Assembly (NCBI GenBank): GCA_963741955.1
Contig: CAVUKB010000006.1
Span: 32,001 to 96,000 of the forward strand
Direction: 5' to 3'
DNA: 64,000 bases
Origin: an uncultured Acidobacteriota bacterium
GTDB taxonomy: Bacteria > Acidobacteriota > Thermoanaerobaculia > Gp7-AA8
The stretch's first letter is position 1, and each line of letters begins with the position of its first letter. Positions 48,752-56,825 of this stretch are shown here, one piece after another. A model generated the notes under the pieces. It did no database searches, had not been told where the DNA came from, and saw only the letters and a list, made by a program, of their open reading frames with translations. A program made the translations under genes and the position numbers.

Positions 48752-49987
48752 ATGACACTCGGTGAATCAGTCCAGACGGCGCTCTCGAATCTCGCCGCGC
48801 ACAAGCTGCGTACGACCCTGACCATGCTCGGGATGATCTTCGGCGTCGGAGCCGTGATCGCGATGCTCTCGATCGGTGCCGGCGGCGAGAAGCAGGCCCT
48901 CGAATCGATCGGTCAGCTCGGCGTGAACAACGTCCTGATCCGCGCGGTCGATCTGAAGGACGACGAGAAACAGGAGATCCGGAAGAAGTCGCTGGGCGTG
49001 TCGCTGCGCGACGGCGAAGCGATCGAAGAGGCGGTTCCCGGAGTGGAAGTGGTCCTTCCGCGAATCGAGATCAAGACCACGAAACTCCTCGCGGACGGCG
49101 CGAAGAGCGAAGGAAAGGTCTTTGGAGTGTCGTGGAGGCAGGCCGAAGTCTCGTCGGTGAAGATCGCGCAGGGACGCTTCTTCGACCGGCGCGACGAGGA
49201 AGCGCATGCGCAGGTTTGTCTGATCGGAGAGACAGTCCGGCATGAACTGTTCGGTTACGGCGACGTGCTCGGGAAACGCCTCAAGATCAACGACGTCTGG
49301 GTCGAAGTGATCGGAGTGCTCGGAGCCGCGCCGGGCGCCGCAAAATCCGTGGAAGGGGTCCCGATCACGTCGACTGCCCGCGAGGTGTACATTCCGGTCT
49401 CCACCGCCCTCCGGAAGTTCGACCGCGATCCCCTCGACGCGCCACTCGACGAGCTGGTGGTTCGCCTCCGCGAAGGAGTCTCCCCGCGCGAGACGGCAAC
49501 GGTGATCCGGGGACTCCTCGAGAGGCTGCACGGCGGAGCATCCGATTTCGAGATCGTCGTCCCCGAAGCGCTCCTCGAGCAGAGCCGGAAGACGCAGCGG
49601 ATCTTCAGCATCGTGATGGGATCGATCGCGGGGATCTCTCTTCTGGTCGGCGGGATCGGCATCATGAACATCATGCTCGCGTCGGTGCTCGAGCGGACCC
49701 GGGAGATCGGCGTGAGGCGCGCGGTGGGAGCGAGGCGCAACGACATCCGGATCCAGTTCGTGATCGAGTCGTTCTCGATCAGCCTCGCGGGAGGAGTCGC
49801 GGGAATCGTGATCGGTGCGCTGATCGCGCGCATCGTGGCCGCCTATGCGGGATGGCCGACGGTGATCACTCCGGCGTCGCTCCTCCTCTCGACGGGCGTC
49901 TCGATCGCGGTGGGCCTGGCGTCCGGTATCTATCCGGCGACCCGCGCGGCGATGCTCGATCCGATCGAAGCGCTGCGTTACGAGTAG
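48752..49987 (+). CDS. MacB/FtsX-family ABC permease (no ATPase domain)
   Basis: LTMLGMIFGV.AVI, VGGIGIMNIML.SV.ERTREIG.RRAVGA, PIEALRYE. Confidence 0.93.
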   Translation: MTLGESVQTALSNLAAHKLRTTLTMLGMIFGVGAVIAMLSIGAGGEKQALESIGQLGVNNVLIRAVDLKDDEKQEIRKKSLGVSLRDGEAIEEAVPGVEVVLPRIEIKTTKLLADGAKSEGKVFGVSWRQAEVSSVKIAQGRFFDRRDEEAHAQVCLIGETVRHELFGYGDVLGKRLKINDVWVEVIGVLGAAPGAAKSVEGVPITSTAREVYIPVSTALRKFDRDPLDAPLDELVVRLREGVSPRETATVIRGLLERLHGGASDFEIVVPEALLEQSRKTQRIFSIVMGSIAGISLLVGGIGIMNIMLASVLERTREIGVRRAVGARRNDIRIQFVIESFSISLAGGVAGIVIGALIARIVAAYAGWPTVITPASLLLSTGVSIAVGLASGIYPATRAAMLDPIEALRYE

Positions 49988-50033
49988 GGAGCGCGAGCGC
50001 AGGGCGCGCGCAGATGGGAGCGTCTCGATGGGA

Positions 50034-50109
50034 GCAGGGCGGGGCGGGACCCCGCCCTGCATCGGACGGGACGTCCAACCCACTTTCGCCTGCATCGGAC
50101 GGGACGTCC
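50034..50109. repeat. REP-like hairpin plus 21-bp direct repeat
   Basis: GCAGGGCGGGG...CCCCGCCCTGC hairpin; CCTGCATCGGACGGGACGTCC at 50056 and 50089. Confidence 0.6.
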
Positions 50110-50124
50110 GAGCCGCTGGCGGAG

Positions 50125-50158
50125 AAACGAAAAGGCCGGAGCAGCTGCTCCGGCCTTC
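50125..50158 (-). terminator. Intrinsic terminator of the FadL-like gene
   Basis: AAGGCCGGAGCAGCTGCTCCGGCCTT palindrome followed by TTCGTTTC on the minus strand. Confidence 0.75.
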
Positions 50159-50180
50159 GAGTATCGACGGCTGATCGGCG

Positions 50181-51506
50181 TCAGAAACGGGTGACGATCG
50201 AGACTGATCCGACTTTGTAACGGTCGGACGTTTCGTATGCCGCATCCACCTGGAACCGCGGCCAGGCGAGACCGAAACCGACCGAGTAATGATTCTCGTC
50301 CTGTCCGCCCGGGAAGATGATCGCCGCCGCGACCTGCTCGGCACTCTGGAGAGGTCCGGAGTACTTCATCTGGTGCGCAGGGTCACGCCACCAGCCGGCA
50401 CGAACCGCGAACGGGATCTTCGTCGCGAAGAAGTACTCTCCCCCCACGTGCACCTCGGTGGCATCGTCCATCTTGAAGTCCTTACCTTGAAGCTGCGGAT
50501 CGGGATTGATGACCACCATGTCGTCGACCAGGTTCGAATACATCACGTCGTCGACGTCGACGTTGATGGTCAGCACCGGGATGGGCCGGTACGAGATTCC
50601 GACTCCGGCGATGTCGGGAACATGGAACATCGGATTCGCGAAATGCTGGAATCCGTTGCTCGTGGTGAGGTCCGCGAACGAGAGGTCCGTCTTGAAGGAC
50701 GGCCCCTGCTTGTAGACTCCGCCCAGGCTGAACCGGTCGCTCGGCGCCCATTTGAATCCGCCGGTGAACGTGGTGTCGTGCTCATCCTTCGCCTGCTGCG
50801 CGATGATCGAGAGGAGATTTCCGTTCGGATCGGCGCGGAGAGTGAGCGCGGTCTCGTTGAATTTCTGGTAGCGACCCGCGACGCCGAGGGAGAGATTCCC
50901 CATCTTCCACGCCAGGGCCACACCAGCAGTTTTCATGCTGACGTCGACCACACTGCCGAATGGATTGAGGTTGTACTCCAGACAGTCGGCTCCGAGGTTC
51001 GCGCACTGGTCCGAGCTGACCGGACCGTTCGGTCCGAGATAGAACGTCACCGGATTCAGATCCGTGAACGCCGACGACGCGGTCTCCAGGAGGATCTGGT
51101 AATCGAGCGGCTGATGGTAGTAGCCGGCCACGGCGAAGTTCCCCATCGGCAGGACGATCGACGCGAACGAGAGCTGCGCCCGACGGCTGTAGTTGTTGAA
51201 GTCTTCGGTGGTCAGCGCGTCGGGATAAACACCGCCGGTGGTGAACGTCTGGACGTTCTCGTAGTTCCGTCCTTCGACCGAGATCTCCGGACGCCGGAGG
51301 ATGGTGAGACCGGCGGGATTCGCTTCCGCCGCTGACGCGTCGTCGGCCAGCCCGAGGAATGCACCTCCCATTGCGAGTGAACGCGCGCCCGGATTCGCGA
51401 AGTTGAACTGAACTCCGGAGAGAGCCTCCATGTCCGTGTTCTGCGCGAGGGCCGCCGTTGCGGCGAGCAGAAGAAGTGTCGAGACGAGTACCAGGACTCT
51501 ACGCAT
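50181..51506 (-). CDS. OmpP1/FadL/TodX-family outer-membrane protein
   Basis: Signal peptide; PGARSLAMGGAF...ADDASA..ANPAGL; beta-strand pattern; C-terminal Phe. Confidence 0.85.
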   Translation of the reverse strand: MRRVLVLVSTLLLLAATAALAQNTDMEALSGVQFNFANPGARSLAMGGAFLGLADDASAAEANPAGLTILRRPEISVEGRNYENVQTFTTGGVYPDALTTEDFNNYSRRAQLSFASIVLPMGNFAVAGYYHQPLDYQILLETASSAFTDLNPVTFYLGPNGPVSSDQCANLGADCLEYNLNPFGSVVDVSMKTAGVALAWKMGNLSLGVAGRYQKFNETALTLRADPNGNLLSIIAQQAKDEHDTTFTGGFKWAPSDRFSLGGVYKQGPSFKTDLSFADLTTSNGFQHFANPMFHVPDIAGVGISYRPIPVLTINVDVDDVMYSNLVDDMVVINPDPQLQGKDFKMDDATEVHVGGEYFFATKIPFAVRAGWWRDPAHQMKYSGPLQSAEQVAAAIIFPGGQDENHYSVGFGLAWPRFQVDAAYETSDRYKVGSVSIVTRF

Positions 51507-51576
51507 ACCCATGCCTCCCATCGACTCCGTCCGGAGTCGCGATTCGTTGTTCTGCGTTGTCGATTCGGACCCGCCA

Positions 51577-51605
51577 AGTCTAGATTTGAGCCGTGCGGCA
51601 GTCAA
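51577..51605 (-). promoter_or_regulatory. Sigma70 promoter of the FadL-like gene
   Basis: TTGACT-17 nt-TAGACT on the minus strand. Confidence 0.7.
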
Positions 51606-51621
51606 GACGAGGAAAGGCAAT

Positions 51622-52021
51622 TGAAAGGCATCGAGGATCGAGGATCGAGGATCGAGGATCGAGGATCGAGGATCGAGGATCGAGGATCGAGGATCGAGGA
51701 TCGAGGATCGAGGATCTGGGATCGAGGATCGAGGATCGAGGATCTGGGATCGAGGATCGAGGATCGAGGATCTGGGATCGAGGATCGAGGATCGAGGATC
51801 GAGGATCGAGGATCGAGGATCGAGGATCGAGGATCGAGGATCGAGGATCGAGGATCGAGGATCGAGGATCGAGGATCGAGGATCGAGGATCGAGGATCGA
51901 GGATCGAGGATCGAGGATCGAGGATCGAGGATCGAGGATCGAGGATCGAGGATCGAGGATCGAGGATCTGGGATCTGGGATCTGGGATCTGGGATCTGAA
52001 AAGCATCACGGATCGTGGATC
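51622..52021 (+). repeat. Heptamer tandem array 1: TGAAAGGCATC-(GAGGATC)52
   Basis: 52 contiguous 7-mers at 51633-51996, with TGGGATC at units 13, 17, 21 and 49-52; then a second head TGAAAAGCATC and degenerate units. Confidence 0.97.
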
Positions 52022-52033
52022 GGGGACCCGATA

Positions 52034-52069
52034 GGGGGGTCCGGGGTCCGGGGTCCGGGGTCCGGGGCC
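52034..52069 (+). repeat. (GGGGTCC)4 heptamer run with G-quadruplex potential
   Basis: GGGGGGTCC GGGGTCC GGGGTCC GGGGTCC GGGGCC: five G tracts of 4 or more. Confidence 0.8.
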
Positions 52070-52139
52070 GAAGCTCACAGTTGTGATCAGGCTGCGATCC
52101 GCAGTCTCGTCCGGAATCTCTCGGACCGTCTCAACTGCC

Positions 52140-52386
52140 GATGCCGTTCAGATCCTCGATCATGGATCCTCGATGTCTCTCAGATCCTCGATCCTCGATC
52201 CTCGATGTCTTTCAGATCCTCGATCCTCGATGTCTTTCAGATCCTCGATCCTCGATGCCTTTCAGATCCTCGATCCTCGATGCCTTTCAGATCCTCGATC
52301 CTCGATGTCTTTCAGATCCTCGATCCTCGATCCTAGATCCTAGATGTCTTTCAGATCCTCGATCCTCGATCCCAGATGCCTTTCTA
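52140..52386 (-). repeat. Heptamer array 2: about 25-bp units TGAAAGRCATC-(GAGGATC)2-4 on the minus strand
   Basis: Plus strand shows repeated GATGYCTTTCA-GATCCTC-GATCCTC; the array begins at the proS stop codon. Confidence 0.95.
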
Positions 52387-54102
52387 GCCGCCGAGGCGTT
52401 GGGATTCGACCAGTTCGATGATTGCCTTGACCACCGCCCCCGGCTCGCCGACCTGCTTCTCGCGATCGCGGCGGAGGCTCCATTCGATGTTCCCCTCCGC
52501 GAGGCTCCGGGCTCCGATCACGATGCGGACAGGAAAACCGATCAGGTCCGCATCTGTCAGTTTGACCCCCGCGCGCTCGTCGCGATCGTCGTAGATCACT
52601 TCGATCCCGGAGGCGAGCAGTTGTGCATAGACCTGCTCAGCAGCGCGGGCCACCGATTCGTCCTTTCCGAGAGTGGTGATCACCACTTCGAACGGAGCGA
52701 TCGGGATCGGCCAGATGATTCCCTTTTCATCGAAATTCTGTTCGATTGCCGCGGCCACGGTCCGGCCGATGCCGAGCCCGTAGCAGCCCATGATCATCGA
52801 GCGCCGCTCGCCGCTCTCGTCGAGATAGACGCAGTTCATCGCATCGGAGTACTTCGTCCCGAGCTTGAAGATGTGGCCCACTTCGATTCCGCGATACGTC
52901 TCGAGAGGCGTGCCGCAGTGCGCGCAGGGATCTCCCGCGGTGACGAGAGTGAAGTCGTCGAACTCGGAGATGTCGACGTCGCGCCCACGCTCGACGTTGC
53001 GGAGATGCTGATCCCGCCGGTTGGCGCCGACGACCCATTGGTGCATCGGCTCGAGCGAGCGATCGGCGATGACCCGGGTGATCTTCGTTCCGACCGGCCC
53101 GCAGAAGCCGGCCGGTCCGCCGACGACGTCCTCGAAATGCTCGTCGGGAACGAAGGAGAGCTCCTGGACGTCGAGGAAGTTCCGGATCTTCACCTCGTTC
53201 GCTTCCCGGTCTCCGCGGACGAGGACCATCACCGGTCCCTTCTCGGTCTGGTAGACCAGCGTCTTGACCAGCTTCGAAGTGGGGATGTCGAGAAACTTCG
53301 ACACGTCGTCGATCGACTTGGTGTCCGGTGTGTCGATGAATTCCATCGGGGTCGAAGAGCCCTTCTCCGGCTCGGTCGAGTAGAACCCGGAGACGGCCTT
53401 CTCCACATTCGCGCCGTAGCCACATGTGGCGCAGCGGACGACCGCGTCCTCACCCGACTGGGCGAGAACCATGAACTCGTGGGAGTGGGATCCGCCGATC
53501 GCTCCGGTGTCGGCTTCCACCATCACGTGATCGAGTCCGCAGCGGCGGAAGATCGCGTTGTAGGCGTCGCGCATCGCGTCGTAGGTTTCGGCGAGCGACT
53601 CCCAGCTGGTGTGAAAGGAGTACGCGTCTTTCATGATGAATTCGCGCCCGCGCATCAAACCGAAACGCGGACGGACTTCGTCACGGAATTTGGTCTGGAT
53701 CTGATAGAGAGTCGTCGGCAGCTGACGATAGGAGGAGATGGCGTCGCGCACCGTCTCCGTGATCACCTCTTCGTGGGTCGGTCCGAAGACGAAATCACGA
53801 TCGTGCCGGTCCTTGATCCGGAGGAGCTCACGCCCGTACTGGTACCAGCGCTTCGATTCCATCCAGAGCTCGGCCGGCTGTACCGCCGGCATCAGGAGCT
53901 CGACCGCGCCCGCCCGGTTCATCTCCGTACGGACGATCTGTTCGAGCTTCTGGATCGAGCGAAGCCCCAGAGGAAGATACGTATAAATCCCTGCGGCGAC
54001 CTTCCGGATCATTCCGGCGCGGGCCATCAGCTTCTGGCTGACCACGTCGGCGTCCGCAGGCTCCTCGCGGAGGGTGTTGATGAAATATCGATTCCAGCGC
54101 AT
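52384..54102 (-). CDS. proS: Proline-tRNA ligase (with editing insertion)
   Basis: GPTHEE, QTKFRDE.RPRFG.MRGREF.MKDAYSF, GIEVGHIFKLG, MGCYGLG. Confidence 0.99.
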   Translation of the reverse strand: MRWNRYFINTLREEPADADVVSQKLMARAGMIRKVAAGIYTYLPLGLRSIQKLEQIVRTEMNRAGAVELLMPAVQPAELWMESKRWYQYGRELLRIKDRHDRDFVFGPTHEEVITETVRDAISSYRQLPTTLYQIQTKFRDEVRPRFGLMRGREFIMKDAYSFHTSWESLAETYDAMRDAYNAIFRRCGLDHVMVEADTGAIGGSHSHEFMVLAQSGEDAVVRCATCGYGANVEKAVSGFYSTEPEKGSSTPMEFIDTPDTKSIDDVSKFLDIPTSKLVKTLVYQTEKGPVMVLVRGDREANEVKIRNFLDVQELSFVPDEHFEDVVGGPAGFCGPVGTKITRVIADRSLEPMHQWVVGANRRDQHLRNVERGRDVDISEFDDFTLVTAGDPCAHCGTPLETYRGIEVGHIFKLGTKYSDAMNCVYLDESGERRSMIMGCYGLGIGRTVAAAIEQNFDEKGIIWPIPIAPFEVVITTLGKDESVARAAEQVYAQLLASGIEVIYDDRDERAGVKLTDADLIGFPVRIVIGARSLAEGNIEWSLRRDREKQVGEPGAVVKAIIELVESQRLGG

Positions 54103-54222
54103 GGCTTGCTACCCGGTAAGGACGGATTTCCCGCCGCGGTCGCGGCGGAAGCGCCGCATTCTAACAGTTTCCCGTCTTCCCGGCGGGAACGGGCGGTTTC
54201 AATTCCGGAAAGGAGTGTTCTG

Positions 54223-54717
54223 GTGATCGAAGGGGGGCTCGAAGAGAAGACGCTGGTGTTCGACCGCACGCCGATCGGGCGGCTGGTCTCCTGCGCCGCT
54301 GCCTTCGGAGCCGCCGCCCTCTTCTTCCAGTACCTCGGCGCGGGCCTGGAGAACGTCGAGCCACTCCCTCTGGCAGGGCTCGGGTTCCTTCTGATCGGGA
54401 CGATCCTCGCGGCACTTCTTCAGTACGGGGACCACATCTACATCGGTCCGGAAGGGCTCCTCTACGAGAATCGATGGGTGCGGCTGGTCGGGCGCCGCGC
54501 CGCGTGGATCCGCTGGGAAGAGGTGGTGGAGATCCGCGAGATCCGTCGCAAGATCCTGGTGCTTTTCTCGCGCGACGGCCGCCGCGTCTTCGTCGATGCC
54601 ATCAACGGCTATCGCTTCGCCCGGGCCGAGATCCTCCGGCGGGCACCGCACGCCGCAATCACCGGAACGCTGGAGCGCCGCGACCGGGAAGAAATGCATC
54701 GTGGATCGAGGATCTGA
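54223..54717 (+). CDS. Small two-TM membrane protein with a PH-like C-terminal domain
   Basis: AGGAG RBS and GTG start; two TMs; IGPEGL...IRWEEV; last codons and stop lie inside array 3. Confidence 0.7.
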   Translation: MIEGGLEEKTLVFDRTPIGRLVSCAAAFGAAALFFQYLGAGLENVEPLPLAGLGFLLIGTILAALLQYGDHIYIGPEGLLYENRWVRLVGRRAAWIRWEEVVEIREIRRKILVLFSRDGRRVFVDAINGYRFARAEILRRAPHAAITGTLERRDREEMHRGSRI

Positions 54718-54906
54718 AAGGCATCGAGGATCGAGGATCGTGGATCGCGGATCTGAAAGGCATCGCGGATCTGAAAAGCATCGCGGATCGCGGATCGTGG
54801 ATCGAGGATCTGAAAGGCATCGAGGATCGCGGATCGAGGATCTGAAAGGCATCGCGGATCGCGGATCGCGGATCTGAGAGGCATCGTGGATCGTCGATCG
54901 GAGATC
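54691..54906 (+). repeat. Heptamer array 3
   Basis: Repeated TGAAAGGCATC heads followed by GAGGATC/GCGGATC/GTGGATC units. Confidence 0.95.
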
Positions 54907-55010
54907 CGACAGAGGTCGAAGAGAGTGATGCGAATATTCGGGACCGGTGCGCTGCTCACGACCATTCCATCCCCTGAACCGATATCATGCGCACGACGGA
55001 GGAGAGAGCA

Positions 55011-55457
55011 ATGCCGACGCTGACTGAACGGATCCGTACCGATCTGACCTCTTCCATGAAGGCCCGCGATGCCGCGCGCACGTCGACTCTGCGGATGGTG
55101 CAGGCGGCTCTGAAGAACGAGCAGATCGACAAAGGCCACGAGCTCACGGACGAGGAAGCGACTGCAGTGGTCGCACGTGCAGTCAAGCAGCGTCAGGACT
55201 CGATCGAGCAGTACCGGAAGGGAGGTCGCGAGGATCTCGCCGCGAGGGAGGAAGCGGAGATCGCGATGCTGCAGGATTATCTCCCGCAGCAGCTCTCCGA
55301 GACCGAGGTGGAAGCGATCGTGGATCAGACGATCGCCAGCACCGGGGCCACCTCGAAGAAGGACACCGGCAAAGTGATGAAGGAGATCATGGCGTCTCAT
55401 CGCGGCACGGTCGACGGAAGAATGGTGCAGGAGATTCTCGCGAAGAAGCTGACGTAG
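55011..55457 (+). CDS. yqeY: GatB/YqeY domain protein
   Basis: MKARD...LR, KQR.DSIEQY..GGR.DLA..E, YLPQQL, GKVM. Confidence 0.95.
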   Translation: MPTLTERIRTDLTSSMKARDAARTSTLRMVQAALKNEQIDKGHELTDEEATAVVARAVKQRQDSIEQYRKGGREDLAAREEAEIAMLQDYLPQQLSETEVEAIVDQTIASTGATSKKDTGKVMKEIMASHRGTVDGRMVQEILAKKLT

Positions 55458-55542
55458 CTGACAGCCCCTCCCCATCGCGACCGGGACAAAGCTCGGACCC
55501 AGGATGACCCAGGAGTCTGAGCGCACACCACGCCACTCGCGC

Positions 55543-55563
55543 CGGACTGCAAGTCCGCACTCC
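55543..55563 (-). repeat. REP-like palindrome of the same family as 29615
   Basis: CGGACTGCAAGTCCGCACTCC is the reverse complement of GGAGTGCGGACTTGCAGTCCG. Confidence 0.65.
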
Positions 55564-55592
55564 TCCGGGTTCAGTCCCGATCCCCGACTGTC

Positions 55593-55732
55593 GATGCCTT
55601 TCAGATCCTCGATCCTCGATTCTCGATCCTCGATTCTCGATCCTCGATCCTCGATCCTCGATCCTCGATCCTCGATGCCTTTCAGATCCTCGATCCTCGA
55701 TCCTCGATCCTCGATGCTTCTCAGATGCCTCA
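55593..55732 (-). repeat. Heptamer array 4
   Basis: Plus strand GATGCCTTTCA-(GATCCTC)n; ends next to the TGCTATTCT -10 element of pyrE. Confidence 0.95.
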
Positions 55733-55752
55733 TGCTATTCTCCGTCGCCGGA

Positions 55753-56334
55753 ATGAATGACAGCTTCGATCTCGCCGCACTCCTCGAGTCCACCGGGGCC
55801 CTTCTCACCGGGCATTTCCGGCTCTCATCCGGGCTGCACAGTCCGAATTACGTCCAGTGCGCGAAGCTGCTCGAGCATCCCCGCAACGCCGCGGCGATCG
55901 GCCGCGCACTCGCCGCGATGATCGCACCGCTGAAGCCGGAGAAGATCGTCGCTCCCGCGATGGGAGGAGTGGTGATCGGGTACGCCGTTGCGGAAGCACT
56001 CGATCTTCCGATGATCTTCACCGAACGGAAGGACGGCGTCATGTCGCTCCGGCGGGGCTTTTCGGTCACCGGGGGAGAGCGGCTCGTGGTGGTCGAGGAT
56101 GTCGTCACCACCGGAAAATCGACTCGGGAGACCGTAGAGGTCGTCGAGTCGCTCGGTGGTGAGGTCATCGGTTTTGCATCCATCCTCAACCGGAGCGGGC
56201 GCGAGAATCCGTTCGACCGTCCTTACGTTACTCTGATGGCGCTCGGTCTCGAGACGCACCCGCCGGATGCATGTCCTCACTGCCGGCGCGGTGAGGCGCT
56301 CGATGCTCCGGGGAGCCGTTTCACGAATCGATGA
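55753..56334 (+). CDS. pyrE: Orotate phosphoribosyltransferase
   Basis: GHFRLSSGLHS..Y.QCA, PAMGG, VVEDVVTTG.S, PGSR. Confidence 0.95.
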   Translation: MNDSFDLAALLESTGALLTGHFRLSSGLHSPNYVQCAKLLEHPRNAAAIGRALAAMIAPLKPEKIVAPAMGGVVIGYAVAEALDLPMIFTERKDGVMSLRRGFSVTGGERLVVVEDVVTTGKSTRETVEVVESLGGEVIGFASILNRSGRENPFDRPYVTLMALGLETHPPDACPHCRRGEALDAPGSRFTNR

Positions 56335-56825
56335 GCCAGCGAATCGCAACAGTCGGAACCGAAGAGATCGCCGTCGAGCTCCGGAAGGAGAATGGAACGG
56401 CGTACGTTCGCGCCGGCGAATCAGAGCTCGAGATCGATGTCCTCTCGATCGGGATGGACGAGGCGATGCTCAGCATCGACGGGAGACGCGTCCGGGTTCC
56501 CTTCATCCGGGAAGGAGGACGGGTCGAGCTGATGCTCGACGGGGAGGTCTGGTCCGTCGACATCGCTGCGCCGGGCCGGGGACGCCAGAGACATCGCGAA
56601 CATTCGATGTCCGCACCGATGCCGGGGATGGCCTTGAAGATCCTCGTCGCTCCCGGTGACGCGGTGAAGAAGGGAGCGCCCCTGATGATTCTCGAAGCGA
56701 TGAAGATGGAGCACCCGATCACCGCTCCCTACGACGGAACGGTCAAGGCGATCCACTGTCGGGAGGGTGAACTGGTGCAGCCGGGCGCCGACCTGATCGA
56801 GATCGAGGCGGCGGAGGAATCGTGA
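56331..56825 (+). CDS. Biotin carboxyl carrier protein (BT and biotinyl domains)
   Basis: APMPG, LEAMKMEH biotinylation motif. Confidence 0.92.
   Translation: MSQRIATVGTEEIAVELRKENGTAYVRAGESELEIDVLSIGMDEAMLSIDGRRVRVPFIREGGRVELMLDGEVWSVDIAAPGRGRQRHREHSMSAPMPGMALKILVAPGDAVKKGAPLMILEAMKMEHPITAPYDGTVKAIHCREGELVQPGADLIEIEAAEES

Noticed and set aside
52140-52386. CRISPR array (25-bp units, TGAAAG end resembling CRISPR repeats)
   Set aside because: There are no unique spacers; the sequence between heads is the same heptamer, and no cas genes are in the window.
52141-54222. 858-aa plus-strand ORF antisense to proS
   Set aside because: It starts inside a repeat and shadows a high-GC gene. Only the last 164 codons, with their own RBS and GTG, look like a real protein.
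55504-55752. N-terminal extension of pyrE through array 4
   Set aside because: It is low-complexity repeat translation; PyrE similarity begins at ATG 55753.
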